Shown here: positions 1 through 9,054 of the stretch, piece by piece | Layout: every line of letters begins with the position of its first letter | Numbering within the stretch: the stretch's first letter is position 1 | NCBI GenBank assembly: GCA_963718235.1 | Contig: CAVQYR010000001.1 | Span: forward strand, 960,001-1,024,000 | Reading direction: 5' to 3' | DNA: 64,000 nucleotides | From: an uncultured Actinomycetota bacterium | Lineage (GTDB): Bacteria; Actinomycetota; Actinomycetes; JAHEKZ01 | The notes under the pieces: model-generated | Database searches by the model: none | What the model saw: the letters and a program-made list of their open reading frames with translations, nothing else | What the model was told of the DNA's origin: nothing | Made by a program: the position numbers and the translations under genes

Positions 1-67
1 CAGGCTGCACCCGGAGAAGCCCTGGAACGTAGCCGAAGGACGCGGGTTCGATTCCCGCCACCTCCAC
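1..67 (+). ncRNA. ssrA: tmRNA, 3' end (partial)
   Basis: GGCTGCACCCGGAGAAGCC...GAAGGACGCGGGTTCGATTCCCGCCACCTCCAC: T-arm (GGTTCGATTCCC) and acceptor 3' strand, preceded by sequence typical of the actinobacterial tmRNA 3' region rather than an anticodon arm. Confidence 0.85.
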
Positions 68-73
68 TTCGGG

Positions 74-112
74 GGGTTATCGGAAATCCGGCCTTTGGGT
101 TCTCGGAAATCC
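74..112 (+). repeat. 16-bp direct repeat GGGTT(A/C)TCGGAAATCC, two copies, 23-bp period
   Basis: 74-89 and 97-112, 15/16 identical, immediately after tmRNA. Confidence 0.8.
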
Positions 113-132
113 AGACCCCCACACCAGCCCAA

Positions 133-175
133 GAACTGAGAGGGGCCCAGCCGCCGGTCGGGCCCCTCTCAGTTC
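133..175. terminator. hairpin between tmRNA and the convergent aminotransferase
   Basis: perfect 16-bp stem GAACTGAGAGGGGCCC (133-148) / GGGCCCCTCTCAGTTC (160-175). Confidence 0.8.
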
Positions 176-204
176 ATTGACGTGGGGTCAGGGGGGCGAG
201 CCCC

Positions 205-1599
205 CTACCGGGTGAGCTCGTCGAGGAAGTCGGCGGCCGCGCCGATGTAGGTGTCGACGTCGGCCTCGTCGATGGCGTAGGAGACCGAGGGGCCGGCCGT
301 GGCGACTGAGTCCCAGATGCCGCGGTTGAGCAGGAAGACCTTGCGGGCATCTGCGAGGGGCAGGACGAGTGAGGCGAAGCTGTCGGCGCCGGTGCGGGGC
401 GGTTCGGGGGTGAGGCGGAACTGGATGCGTCCGCCGAGCCGGTCGATGGTCCAGGGAAGGCCGACCCGGTCGACCTCTCGCTGAAGTCCGGCCTGGAGTC
501 GCTGGCCGAGCGTGTCGACCCTCGCTCCGGCCTCGGCGGTGAAGATCTCCGCGAGGCCGATACGTGCCGCCGCCATGGACAGCGCGTTGGCATACAAGGT
601 GCCGCCGATTGCAAGGCCGTGCGCGTCGCCGGTCTCGACGAGCCCGGGGTCGTGATCGCGGTTCGCGCTGACGACGTCGGCGATGGTGTTGGTCATGCCG
701 ACCACGCCGATGGGGACGCCACCGCCGATGCCCTTGCCCCCGGTGAGCATGTCGGGCTGGAGGCCGAAGACGGTGGTGCCTCCGCCGTGGACAGCGAACT
801 GAACGTGGGTCTCGTCGACGATCAGCAGTGCTCCGGCGGCTCGCACGTCGATGTTGAGGGAGGCGACGAACTCGGGGGTGGGGGTCACCAGCCCACAGTT
901 GGTGAGTGCGGACTCCATCAGGACTGCTGCGACGTCGCCACGGGCCAGCCGTGCGCGAAGCGCGTCGGGGTCGTTGAACGGGACCACGTCGGTGGTCTGC
1001 GCGGTGGAGGGGTCGAGGCCCGTGAGGTCGCCTTCCATTCCACCGTCGTCGCTGCGTGACCACAGGGTCTGGTCGAGGTGGCCGTGGTACTTGCCGTCGA
1101 ACACCAGGACCGTGGAACGACCGGTGGCCACACGAGCGATACGGATCGCGTCGGTGTTCGCACCGGTGGCCGAGAGGGTGAACTGCCACTGAGGAAGGCC
1201 GAAGCGCTCGGTGAGCAGCCGGCACACCTCGACGGTGTCGGTGGTCGGCAGCAGGAAGTGGTTGCCGAGCAGCGCTTGGTCGTGGATGGCTCGGACGATG
1301 GGCTCAGGCGCGAAGCCGGCCGGCATGGCGAGGTCGCAGGCGTTGAAGTCGAGGTAAATGTTGCCGTCCAGGTCCTCAAACCGTGGCCCGGAGCCACGGA
1401 CGGCGACGACGGGGGCGTGCCGGTAGAGACCCCGCATCCACGCCATCGGGACACCGCCTGGCATCACCCGCTGAGCGTCGGCGAGCCACTGAGCCGACCG
1501 GGGGGTGCGCTTGCCGAACGTCACGAGCTCCCGGTCGAGGATTTCGCGTGCGCGCTGAATCAGGGTGTCGTCGACGTGGGGGTACCGCGATGGGTTCAT
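205..1599 (-). CDS. class-III PLP aminotransferase (glutamate-1-semialdehyde aminomutase-like)
   Basis: DLDGNIYLDF, FDGKYHG, LLIVDETH, PDMLTGGKGIGGG (PLP Lys), IGGT; ATG at 1599 preceded by GAGG. Confidence 0.85.
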   Translation of the reverse strand: MNPSRYPHVDDTLIQRAREILDRELVTFGKRTPRSAQWLADAQRVMPGGVPMAWMRGLYRHAPVVAVRGSGPRFEDLDGNIYLDFNACDLAMPAGFAPEPIVRAIHDQALLGNHFLLPTTDTVEVCRLLTERFGLPQWQFTLSATGANTDAIRIARVATGRSTVLVFDGKYHGHLDQTLWSRSDDGGMEGDLTGLDPSTAQTTDVVPFNDPDALRARLARGDVAAVLMESALTNCGLVTPTPEFVASLNIDVRAAGALLIVDETHVQFAVHGGGTTVFGLQPDMLTGGKGIGGGVPIGVVGMTNTIADVVSANRDHDPGLVETGDAHGLAIGGTLYANALSMAAARIGLAEIFTAEAGARVDTLGQRLQAGLQREVDRVGLPWTIDRLGGRIQFRLTPEPPRTGADSFASLVLPLADARKVFLLNRGIWDSVATAGPSVSYAIDEADVDTYIGAAADFLDELTR

Positions 1600-1667
1600 G
1601 GCGACCTCGTTCGTGGATCGGTGCCCGCTCGTCTGACGCCGGGATGCCGCGGATGCTAGCAACGAGA

Positions 1668-1700
1668 TTGACGGTCTGTCCAGATTGGACTTAGTGTCTA
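1668..1700. promoter_or_regulatory. two tandem palindromic operators (TKGAC-N5-GTCYA)
   Basis: TTGAC GGTCT GTCCA (1668-1682) and TGGAC TTAGT GTCTA (1686-1700) in the divergent promoter. Confidence 0.6.
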
Positions 1701-1704
1701 CCTC

Positions 1705-2328
1705 ATGGCAGCGGCCCGACCTGATCGACTCCCGCCGATCCTGGTAGACGTGGCGGCGACCGCACAAGCGATCACGACGCTGTTCCACCCGCACGTCGAG
1801 GTCGTGCTGCACGACGTGGCCCGTGACCGGGTGGTCGCCATCTGGAACGCCTTCTCAGCCAGGAAGCCCGGCGCGGAGTCGCTGCTCGAACCAGAGCTGC
1901 TCGCCGACGTCCCGCCCGGCCAGGTTCTCGGCCCCTACGAGCAGGTCGACCGCCACGGACGGCGCCTGTCGTCGGTGAGTGTGCGTGTCGACGACGGTCG
2001 GCTGCTGTTGTGCCTCAACTTCGATCGGTCTGCCATCGACTCCGCCGTGCAGATGCTGTCGGCCCTCGCCGCACCCCGCGAGGAGCAACCCGGTGCACTC
2101 TTCCAGCGTGACTGGCGGGCACACGTGAACGGGCTCATCGACGACTGGTGCCGCGAACATGGCGTGGCCCGATCCGCGCTCAGACGCGCCGGCCGCCTCG
2201 CCCTCGTGGCAGACCTCGACGCACGTGGCGTCTTCGACACCCGCAACGCTGCAGCCCACGTCGCCACCGTCCTCGGCGTCTCGCGAGCAACCGTCTACGC
2301 ACTGCGTAAGGAGAGTCAGAGCCGCTGA
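1705..2328 (+). CDS. YheO/DauR-type PAS + HTH transcriptional regulator
   Basis: FHPHVEVVLHD...AIWNAFSARKPG, LCLNFD, C-terminal GVF..RNAAAHVATVLGVSRATVY HTH. Confidence 0.9.
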   Translation: MAAARPDRLPPILVDVAATAQAITTLFHPHVEVVLHDVARDRVVAIWNAFSARKPGAESLLEPELLADVPPGQVLGPYEQVDRHGRRLSSVSVRVDDGRLLLCLNFDRSAIDSAVQMLSALAAPREEQPGALFQRDWRAHVNGLIDDWCREHGVARSALRRAGRLALVADLDARGVFDTRNAAAHVATVLGVSRATVYALRKESQSR

Positions 2329-2520
2329 CACGGGGATCACTCTCGGTGAACGGAACGGCGTCAGTCACGCGCCGGCGTGTGAAATGTCGGCGATCGTCGT
2401 GTGAAACCAGGCCGGAACCTGGTCGCGATTCACGGCTCTGACCTGGGCAAACGCGACTCCCGCTAACCCCGCACTTCACACTGCGGGTTTGCAGGCCGAT
2501 GAGGTTGGTGAGTCCCGACC

Positions 2521-2554
2521 GATGACCTCCCAGACCGAGTTCTGGGGGGTCATC
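2521..2554. terminator. hairpin
   Basis: GATGACCTCCCAGA / TCTGGGGGGTCATC, 14-bp stem with one G-U pair. Confidence 0.5.
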
Positions 2555-3084
2555 AGCCTTCATTGGATGCGGGAACCGTGACCACCAGGCCAGTCGAGAG
2601 GCTGAGGTGGTGGTCGCACCCCCGACAACTGCCCGATGAGGCATGGAGCGCCCTCCTCGCCGACGAACTGGCCAAAGTCGTACCCCGCTCTCACGCAGAG
2701 ACAGCGATCAAGGCGGTCCAGTTCACCCGGAGCCCTGGACGCCGCGATGCTCGAGCTCATCCCGCAGCGAGGACCGGGGTTCCAGTTGCGCTGCTCACTG
2801 ACATGCACCTAGCGCCCTTGACGAAGCCCGGCACGTCACCTCCACGCGAGCCCCAGCGCCACGAGGACGCGCGCGAGGGAGGGCCTCGACTATCCGGCAC
2901 TGTCGTCAGAAGGAGGAGGTCCTGCCCGGAGGCGTAGTTGTCAGGTTCGCGCGAGCGCCGACGTTGTCCGGGGCCAGCACGTCGACCAGCACCGCGAGCC
3001 GTTGCAGGTCATCCAGGACGGAGACGCCATCACTGACATCCGCGCGCGACCGGACACTGTGCTGTTTCGCGTTCGCACCCCACT

Positions 3085-4278
3085 TCACTTCGGACGGGTG
3101 GAGCTCTCCGATGGCGTGGTCCGAGGAATGCGCTTCTCCTGGTCGAAGAAGGGCAGGGACACGACCTCGCCTTGCGCCGAACCGCCGTCATCAGTCGCAA
3201 CGGTCACATTGCGTCCGACCCAGTCGTCGGCCTCGAGGAACCTCACGTAGCCGATGCCGCACTCGAGTGTGGGTGACCAGGCCGCCGCAGTGATGCTGCC
3301 GACCGCGGTTCCGTCGTCCAGGACCCCACCCCGATACCGCGGGACCGCTGTCGCGCACCTCACTCCGAGGAGAGTGGGACGCCGGTCGGCGGTCAGCAGG
3401 GCCTGACGTCCGACGAAGCCCTCCTTGTCCAAGTCGATGAAGTCACCGAGACCCGCCTGGTAGGGGGTCATCGACGTGTCGAAGTCGGTGAGGTTGTCCA
3501 GGATTCCTGCTTCGATGCGCCGAACACCCATGGACTTGGTGCTGCCGAACGCCATTCCACGGCTTTCGCCCGCAGACTCGATGGCGCGCCACAGACGAGG
3601 ATGGTCCGTCTCGGCGTGGGAGTAGATCTCGTAGCCCACTTCGCCCGTCCAACCGGTGCGTGACACATAGACGGCCTGGCCGCCCACATCGAAGTGGCCC
3701 GCATGGAAGTACTTCATCGAGGGGTCGATGGCCCCGGCGGTGAGGTCGGACATGATCTCCATCGATCGGGGACCCTGGATCTGAAGGACCCGTGACCGAG
3801 GGTCAGTGATCCTGACGTCGAAGCCGGCACTGTGCGCCACGAGCCATGACCGAAGCTCACCATCGGGCTGGACGTACCAGTACCGGTCTTCAGTGAGCCT
3901 GAACAGAACGCCGTCCATGAAGGTCCCACCAGACTCCGTGCACGCGATGGCATAACGACCCCGGCCCACCGGGAGATCCTCGATGCGCCTGGAGAAGACC
4001 CGCTCAAGGAAGGGAAGCACGTCCGGCCCGTCGATCTGCCAGGGCTTCTCCGGCACGTCGTAGAGAACGGCCTCGCGGCGCAGGTTCCAGTACGTCGTCG
4101 TCAGGTCCTCCCCGTTGTCGACGGGGTAGAAGCGCCCGGCGTAGACGCCGAGCACCGTCCGATCGTTGGCATAGAGGCCGTAGTAGGGGGACTGCTCGAA
4201 GCGGCGGGAACTGATGGACACGGGGGCTTGGGTGTCGGAGTGAATGCAGGTACTCATCGTCGTCGTCCTTCCGGTCAT
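3085..4278 (-). CDS. GcvT-family aminomethyltransferase/demethylase (DmdA-like)
   Basis: VSRTGWTGEVGYEIY, RRIEAGIL, GSITAAAWSP...GIGY, LPFFD; ATG at 4278 overlaps the upstream stop; alternative start at 4257. Confidence 0.85.
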   Translation of the reverse strand: MTGRTTTMSTCIHSDTQAPVSISSRRFEQSPYYGLYANDRTVLGVYAGRFYPVDNGEDLTTTYWNLRREAVLYDVPEKPWQIDGPDVLPFLERVFSRRIEDLPVGRGRYAIACTESGGTFMDGVLFRLTEDRYWYVQPDGELRSWLVAHSAGFDVRITDPRSRVLQIQGPRSMEIMSDLTAGAIDPSMKYFHAGHFDVGGQAVYVSRTGWTGEVGYEIYSHAETDHPRLWRAIESAGESRGMAFGSTKSMGVRRIEAGILDNLTDFDTSMTPYQAGLGDFIDLDKEGFVGRQALLTADRRPTLLGVRCATAVPRYRGGVLDDGTAVGSITAAAWSPTLECGIGYVRFLEADDWVGRNVTVATDDGGSAQGEVVSLPFFDQEKRIPRTTPSESSTRPK

Positions 4279-5150
4279 GCTGCGGCAAGGCGGTCGAGAT
4301 GCTCAGTGCAGGTCCGACGCCACTCGCCTGCTGGGGTGCCTGGCGGTCGTACTCCTTGGAGCAGTCGCATCGCGGCAACTCGTCCGCGAGACGTGCCTTT
4401 GCCGGTCAGGCTCCAGACGTCTTCGTGGCTTCGGAGGAGGTCGAGGCTGGCTGCTGGCGGGTCCGGCATGCGTCGGACCACATCGAGCTCGTACACGCAC
4501 AAGGTGGTGGACGGTTCGGCGCCGGCCGCCCATACTGATCGGCTCACCACCGACGGCCACTGGTGCTCGGCCGCGAGAACTGCGTCGGTGGACCCGGTGA
4601 GGACGGGGTCTGACTCGGAGAACACCATCCCGAGGCGCCGGTCCTGGACCCGCGACGACAGGCGCGACAGACCCGCGCGCAACTCGACGGCGATCGTGTC
4701 CAGCGCGTACTCCGTCTCGTCGGTCGGGTGAAGGTCGATGTGCGGCCATCGCTCGCCGAGGTCTGGTCGTCGTCCAGCGGAGACCCACAGGTCGACACCG
4801 TCGACCTGTGAGACCGCAGCCTCGAGCCCGCCGGTGCCCAGCCGGTCGGTGACGAGGAGGACGTGAGGCCCGCCCTGACGCAGAGACGACTGAAGGAGGT
4901 CGGAGGGGTGAAGCCGAAGCGCGGAGGCGAAGCCCACGAGCACCTCGGCCGTCGGACAGGGGCCAGAGGGGTCGCGCGAGGACCTCGAGCCCTCCAGCGC
5001 GACGACGTATGCCTGGGAGACGCCGACAAGTCGAGCCATCTGACGGGTCGAGTACCCGAGGGCTTGGCGTCGTCCTCTGAGCTCCTGACCGAACCTGCGG
5101 AGATCGAAGTGCTCGGGGAACCGAGGACTGGGTGCCGTCGACGAGTACAT
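4275..5150 (-). CDS. XRE-family HTH regulator with C-terminal MEDS-like sensory domain
   Basis: FGQELRGRRQALGYSTRQMARLVGVSQAYVVALEG (HTH_XRE); C-terminal TTLCVYE...LLRSHEDV resembles MEDS. Confidence 0.7.
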   Translation of the reverse strand: MYSSTAPSPRFPEHFDLRRFGQELRGRRQALGYSTRQMARLVGVSQAYVVALEGSRSSRDPSGPCPTAEVLVGFASALRLHPSDLLQSSLRQGGPHVLLVTDRLGTGGLEAAVSQVDGVDLWVSAGRRPDLGERWPHIDLHPTDETEYALDTIAVELRAGLSRLSSRVQDRRLGMVFSESDPVLTGSTDAVLAAEHQWPSVVSRSVWAAGAEPSTTLCVYELDVVRRMPDPPAASLDLLRSHEDVWSLTGKGTSRGRVAAMRLLQGVRPPGTPAGEWRRTCTEHLDRLAAA

Positions 5151-5151
5151 G

Positions 5152-5169
5152 TGATCAGCATGCTGATCA
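5152..5169. promoter_or_regulatory. perfect 18-bp palindrome, likely XRE autoregulatory operator
   Basis: TGATCAGCATGCTGATCA directly upstream of the ATG at 5150. Confidence 0.65.
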
Positions 5170-5292
5170 TCACTGTTGGCGTCAAGGCCTCCCGCGAGAG
5201 ATCGAGTCAGCTCGTCGTGGAGACGACGGCGAGGAACTGGCCTGATCCGTCAGAGGCTGGGCAACCGGGTCCCACCCCTCTACCCTCAGTGC

Positions 5293-7884
5293 ATGGTGCT
5301 CTACGAACGGGCACAGCTCATCGACTCCCTGTGTGACCTGCTCGACGATGCGGCGGCGGGCCACGGTCGTCTCGCGCTGGTGCACGGCGAGATCGGGATC
5401 GGCAAGTCCGCGCTGGTCCGGGAGTTCAGCGACGTCGCCTCCAGGTCCGCCCGGGTGCTTTGGGGGGCATGCGACCCGCTCAGCTCGCCGCGGCCGCTCG
5501 GGCCGCTGGCAGACGTCGCGCCGCACCTGGGCGCGACCGTGGGGGAGCTGCTGCGCTCCGGTGAGCGCGACGGCCTGTTCGAAGCAACACTTGCCTCCCT
5601 CGGTGACCTGGGCCCGGTCGTGCTCGTGGTCGAGGACATCCACTGGGCCGATGTGTCCACGCTGGACCTGATCCGCTATCTGGCCCGGCGCGCCGAAGGC
5701 GTCAGGCTGCTCATCGTCGCGACCTACCGTGACGACGAGCTCGCACCAACAGATCCGTTGAGGGTGATGCTCGGCGACCTCGCTTCGACGTCGTCGACGC
5801 GCCGACTTGCCGTCCCCCCGCTGTCGCTCGAGGCAGTAACGGCACTGGCGGCCTCGACGTCACTCGACCCGCGAGACCTGTTCCGCGAGACGGGGGGCAA
5901 CCCGTTCTTCGTGACCGAGGTCATCTCCTCTGGCGGTGAGCACTTGCCATCGACGGTTCAAGATGCCGTCCTGGCTCGAGTGCACAGGGTCTCCGCCCAG
6001 GCGCGGGCTGCCCTCGAGGCAGCGGCGGTGATCGGGACCAGGGTCGAGCCGTCGCTCATCCTTGCCATGCCGGGCGTGAGCGCCGACGCCGTCGATGAAT
6101 GCGTCTCGGCCGGCATGCTCCGGTTCAACGCCCCGGTGTACGGCTTCCGGCACGAGCTCGTCCGTCAGGCGGTGCTCGCGGGGGTGGCTCCTGGTCGGCT
6201 CGGCGCGCTGCACTGGCAGGCGCTCGACCGGCTTCGGGCCCAGCAGCTTCAGCCCGCGCCGCTGGCCCGTCTGGCCGAGCACGCCGAGCAGGCCGGCGAC
6301 GGGCTGGCCGTCCTCGAGTTCGCGGTTGCCGCGGGCGACTCCGCAGTCGGGCTCATGTCGCACCGCGAGGCGGCCTTCCAGTACGGCCGGGCCCTGCGCT
6401 ACGCGGACCTGCTCGACGTCGAGGCGCGGATCGACCTGCTGCGCAAGCGCTCGTACGAGTGCTATCTCATCGACGCGCTCGCCGACGCGATCGCCCCGCT
6501 CGAACAGGCCGTGGCGCTGCTGCGCGAGACCGATCGACACGACGACCTCGCCCAGGCTCTGCTGCGGCTGGGTCAGGTGCACTGGGTGGCCGGCCACAGC
6601 GGTCGCTCAGACGAGCTGCAGGACGAGGCGCTGGCGATCCTCGAAGGACTGCCTGCAGGACCGACACTCGCCTGGGCGTATGCGCGCAAGGCGTCGAGCC
6701 TCATGGTCTCCAACCGGCTCGACACCGGCATGGAGCAGGGAGAGCGTGCGCTGGCCCTGGCCCGCCAGTTCGAGGCGCAGGACGTCGAGGTGCACGTGCT
6801 GAACACCCTGGGGGTCTGTCGGTGGCACGTCGACCCGGTCGCCGGTGAGCAGCTGCTGCTCGACAGCCTGGCCCTGGCGCGGCAGCTGGACCTGGAGGAC
6901 GACGCCGGTCGCGGGTACGCCAACCTCACCGGCCAGGCATTCGCACACCTGGACATCGCCAAGGGCCTTGCCTACTGCGACGAGGGAGCCGCCTACTGCA
7001 ACGACCACGACCTGCACGGCACCCTGTTGTGCATCCTCACCGGGAAGGTCGCGGCCCTCACCAGGATCGGTGACTGGGCCGAGGCGACCGCGCTGGCCCG
7101 CAACCTGCTCGACGAGCGCGGGATCAGCCGGGTGAGCCGGTGCGAACCGCTGATGGCACTTGGCCTGGTCCGAGCGCGTCGGGGCGACCCGGGGGTCTGG
7201 CCCGTGCTCGACGAGGCGTACGAGTGCGTGGCCGAGGCGCACGAGCTGCAGTTCCAGGCCCCGGTCGCCCTGTCCCGGGCCGAGGCGTACTGGCTGGAGA
7301 ACAACATCGATGCGGCCGAGGCCGAACTGCTCCCGGTCCTGCGGCTGGCTCAGGAGACCGACGACGACGACACCCTCGGTGACTTGGAAGTGATGCTGTG
7401 GCGCTTGGGGCGGCTGGCGACGCAGCCGCGGACGGAGTCCGAGGTGCACCAGCTCGTCCTCACCGGCCGGCCACGAGCGGCTGCGGCGTACTGGGCCGAG
7501 CGCGGCTACTGCTACGACGCGGCGATGGCACTTGCCGACAGCGACGACGAGGAGGACCTGCGCCGGGCCATGGTCGACCTCGACCGGCTGGGGGCCCATG
7601 TCCTCGTCGCCCGCACTGCCGCGAAGCTCCGAGCGCTCGGGGCCCACGGCGTCCCCCGTGGGGCGCGGGCCAGCACCCGGTCGAACGTCGGCGGGCTCAC
7701 CGACCGCGAGACCGAGGTGCTCGGCCTGCTCGACGAGGGGCTGCGCAACGCCGAGATCGCCAAGCGGCTGCACCTGTCGGAGAAAACGGTTGGGCACCAC
7801 GTGTCGTCCATCCTGGCCAAGCTCGGCGTGTCCTCACGTGGCGACGCCGTGGTACGGGCTCGCGAGCTCCTCACCGCGTCCTGA
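5293..7884 (+). CDS. STAND/AAA ATPase-TPR-LuxR transcriptional regulator
   Basis: Walker A GEIGIGKS, VLVVEDIHWAD, TGGNPFFV, FRHELVRQA, C-terminal GLTDRETEVL...SEKTVGHHVSSILAKLGV; TACCCT 6 nt before the ATG. Confidence 0.92.
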   Translation: MVLYERAQLIDSLCDLLDDAAAGHGRLALVHGEIGIGKSALVREFSDVASRSARVLWGACDPLSSPRPLGPLADVAPHLGATVGELLRSGERDGLFEATLASLGDLGPVVLVVEDIHWADVSTLDLIRYLARRAEGVRLLIVATYRDDELAPTDPLRVMLGDLASTSSTRRLAVPPLSLEAVTALAASTSLDPRDLFRETGGNPFFVTEVISSGGEHLPSTVQDAVLARVHRVSAQARAALEAAAVIGTRVEPSLILAMPGVSADAVDECVSAGMLRFNAPVYGFRHELVRQAVLAGVAPGRLGALHWQALDRLRAQQLQPAPLARLAEHAEQAGDGLAVLEFAVAAGDSAVGLMSHREAAFQYGRALRYADLLDVEARIDLLRKRSYECYLIDALADAIAPLEQAVALLRETDRHDDLAQALLRLGQVHWVAGHSGRSDELQDEALAILEGLPAGPTLAWAYARKASSLMVSNRLDTGMEQGERALALARQFEAQDVEVHVLNTLGVCRWHVDPVAGEQLLLDSLALARQLDLEDDAGRGYANLTGQAFAHLDIAKGLAYCDEGAAYCNDHDLHGTLLCILTGKVAALTRIGDWAEATALARNLLDERGISRVSRCEPLMALGLVRARRGDPGVWPVLDEAYECVAEAHELQFQAPVALSRAEAYWLENNIDAAEAELLPVLRLAQETDDDDTLGDLEVMLWRLGRLATQPRTESEVHQLVLTGRPRAAAAYWAERGYCYDAAMALADSDDEEDLRRAMVDLDRLGAHVLVARTAAKLRALGAHGVPRGARASTRSNVGGLTDRETEVLGLLDEGLRNAEIAKRLHLSEKTVGHHVSSILAKLGVSSRGDAVVRARELLTAS

Positions 7885-8030
7885 GCCTGCGTGACGGCGC
7901 CCCCGTCTCGAGAGGTAGGGAGCCGTCAGCGCCAAGATGGGGAGCGATCCCGATGCGGGCGTGCACCACGGACTGGCTCACTGGGAGCGTGACGGGCCGA
8001 CCCGCGGTCCGACGAGCACGAGGAGCCACG

Positions 8031-8303
8031 ATGCCGCGTTACCTGGTCGAGCGCACGTTCCCCGACGGCCTGCAGATCCCGACGACGAACGACGGAGCGA
8101 CGGCGTGCCTCGGGGTCGTGGGCCACAACGCCGAGGTCGGCGTCACCTGGGTGCACTCCTACGTCAGCGAGGACAAGCAGAAGACGTTCTGCATCTACGA
8201 CGGCCCCGACCCCGAGGCGATCCGCCGTGCCGCGAGCCGCAACAGCCTGCCGATCGACTCGATCGCCAAGGTCAGCGTGCTGGACCCGTACTTCTACCAC
8301 TGA
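8031..8303 (+). CDS. DUF4242 (SCO4226-like) protein
   Basis: MPRYLVERTF...GVTWVHSYVSEDKQKTFCIYDGPDPEAIR; RBS GAGGAG. Confidence 0.88.
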   Translation: MPRYLVERTFPDGLQIPTTNDGATACLGVVGHNAEVGVTWVHSYVSEDKQKTFCIYDGPDPEAIRRAASRNSLPIDSIAKVSVLDPYFYH

Positions 8304-8313
8304 GGACTTCGGA

Positions 8314-8343
8314 GGTCGGCGCCGGCGCGAGCCGGTGCCGACC
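8314..8343 (+). terminator. GNRA-capped hairpin after DUF4242
   Basis: GGTCGGCGCCGGC-GCGA-GCCGGTGCCGACC. Confidence 0.6.
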
Positions 8344-8457
8344 CTCCGCCCGTCCGGGAGAGTGCCGACTGCCCTTGCCGGGCCTGAGACCATGGGTCGG
8401 TTCCGCGGGCTCGCACGGTGTGGGCTCGGCTCGATCCTGGTCAGGACAGGGACCCCC

Positions 8458-9030
8458 ATGCCGCTGCTCGTCCAACCGGCACTTGCGCCCGGCAGTCTCG
8501 CCCGGCTGACCCAGCCGGTCCTGCGCCGAGACGAGATCGAGCTGCGCCCCTGGGTGGCGTCGGATGCTCGCGCCGTCGCGAGTGCCTACAACGAGCCGTC
8601 CATCCAGCGCTGGCATGCCCGGTCGATGGGGTTCGAGGAGGCGCGAGCCTGGGTCGCCTCGTGGTCGCGGCGCTGGATGGAGGAGAGCGGTGCCGGCTGG
8701 GCGGTGGTCGATGCCGAGGGTCTGCTGGGCCAGGTCAGCCTTCGCCGGCTGGATCTGCAAGAAGGGCTGGCTGAGGTCTCGTACTGGGTCCTGCCGGCGG
8801 CCCGTGGTCGACGCGTCGCCGGTCGGGCCCTGTCTGCACTGACTGAGTGGTCCTTCACCGAGCTCGGTGCGCACCGGATCGAGCTGGTCCACTCGGTGTT
8901 GAACCCGGCCTCGTGCCGGGTCGCCGTGCATGCCGGCTTCGCCTTCGAGGGAGTCAAGCGAAGCGAAGCGCTGCACGCCGACGGCTGGCACGACATGCAC
9001 CTGCACGCACGACTGGCCGACGACCTGTGA
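8458..9030 (+). CDS. GNAT (RimJ/RimL-type) acetyltransferase
   Basis: LRPW, AEVSYWVLPAARGRRVA, NPASCRVA..AGFAFEG, DGWHDMHLHARL. Confidence 0.88.
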   Translation: MPLLVQPALAPGSLARLTQPVLRRDEIELRPWVASDARAVASAYNEPSIQRWHARSMGFEEARAWVASWSRRWMEESGAGWAVVDAEGLLGQVSLRRLDLQEGLAEVSYWVLPAARGRRVAGRALSALTEWSFTELGAHRIELVHSVLNPASCRVAVHAGFAFEGVKRSEALHADGWHDMHLHARLADDL

Positions 9031-9054
9031 CGTGGGTCGGGCACCATGTGACGC

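Noticed and set aside
1-67. tRNA gene
   Set aside because: T-arm and acceptor end are tRNA-like, but the upstream sequence lacks an anticodon arm and fits tmRNA
2563-3088. Short ORFs 2563-2937 and 2906-3088
   Set aside because: No recognisable family or RBS; probably decayed fragments
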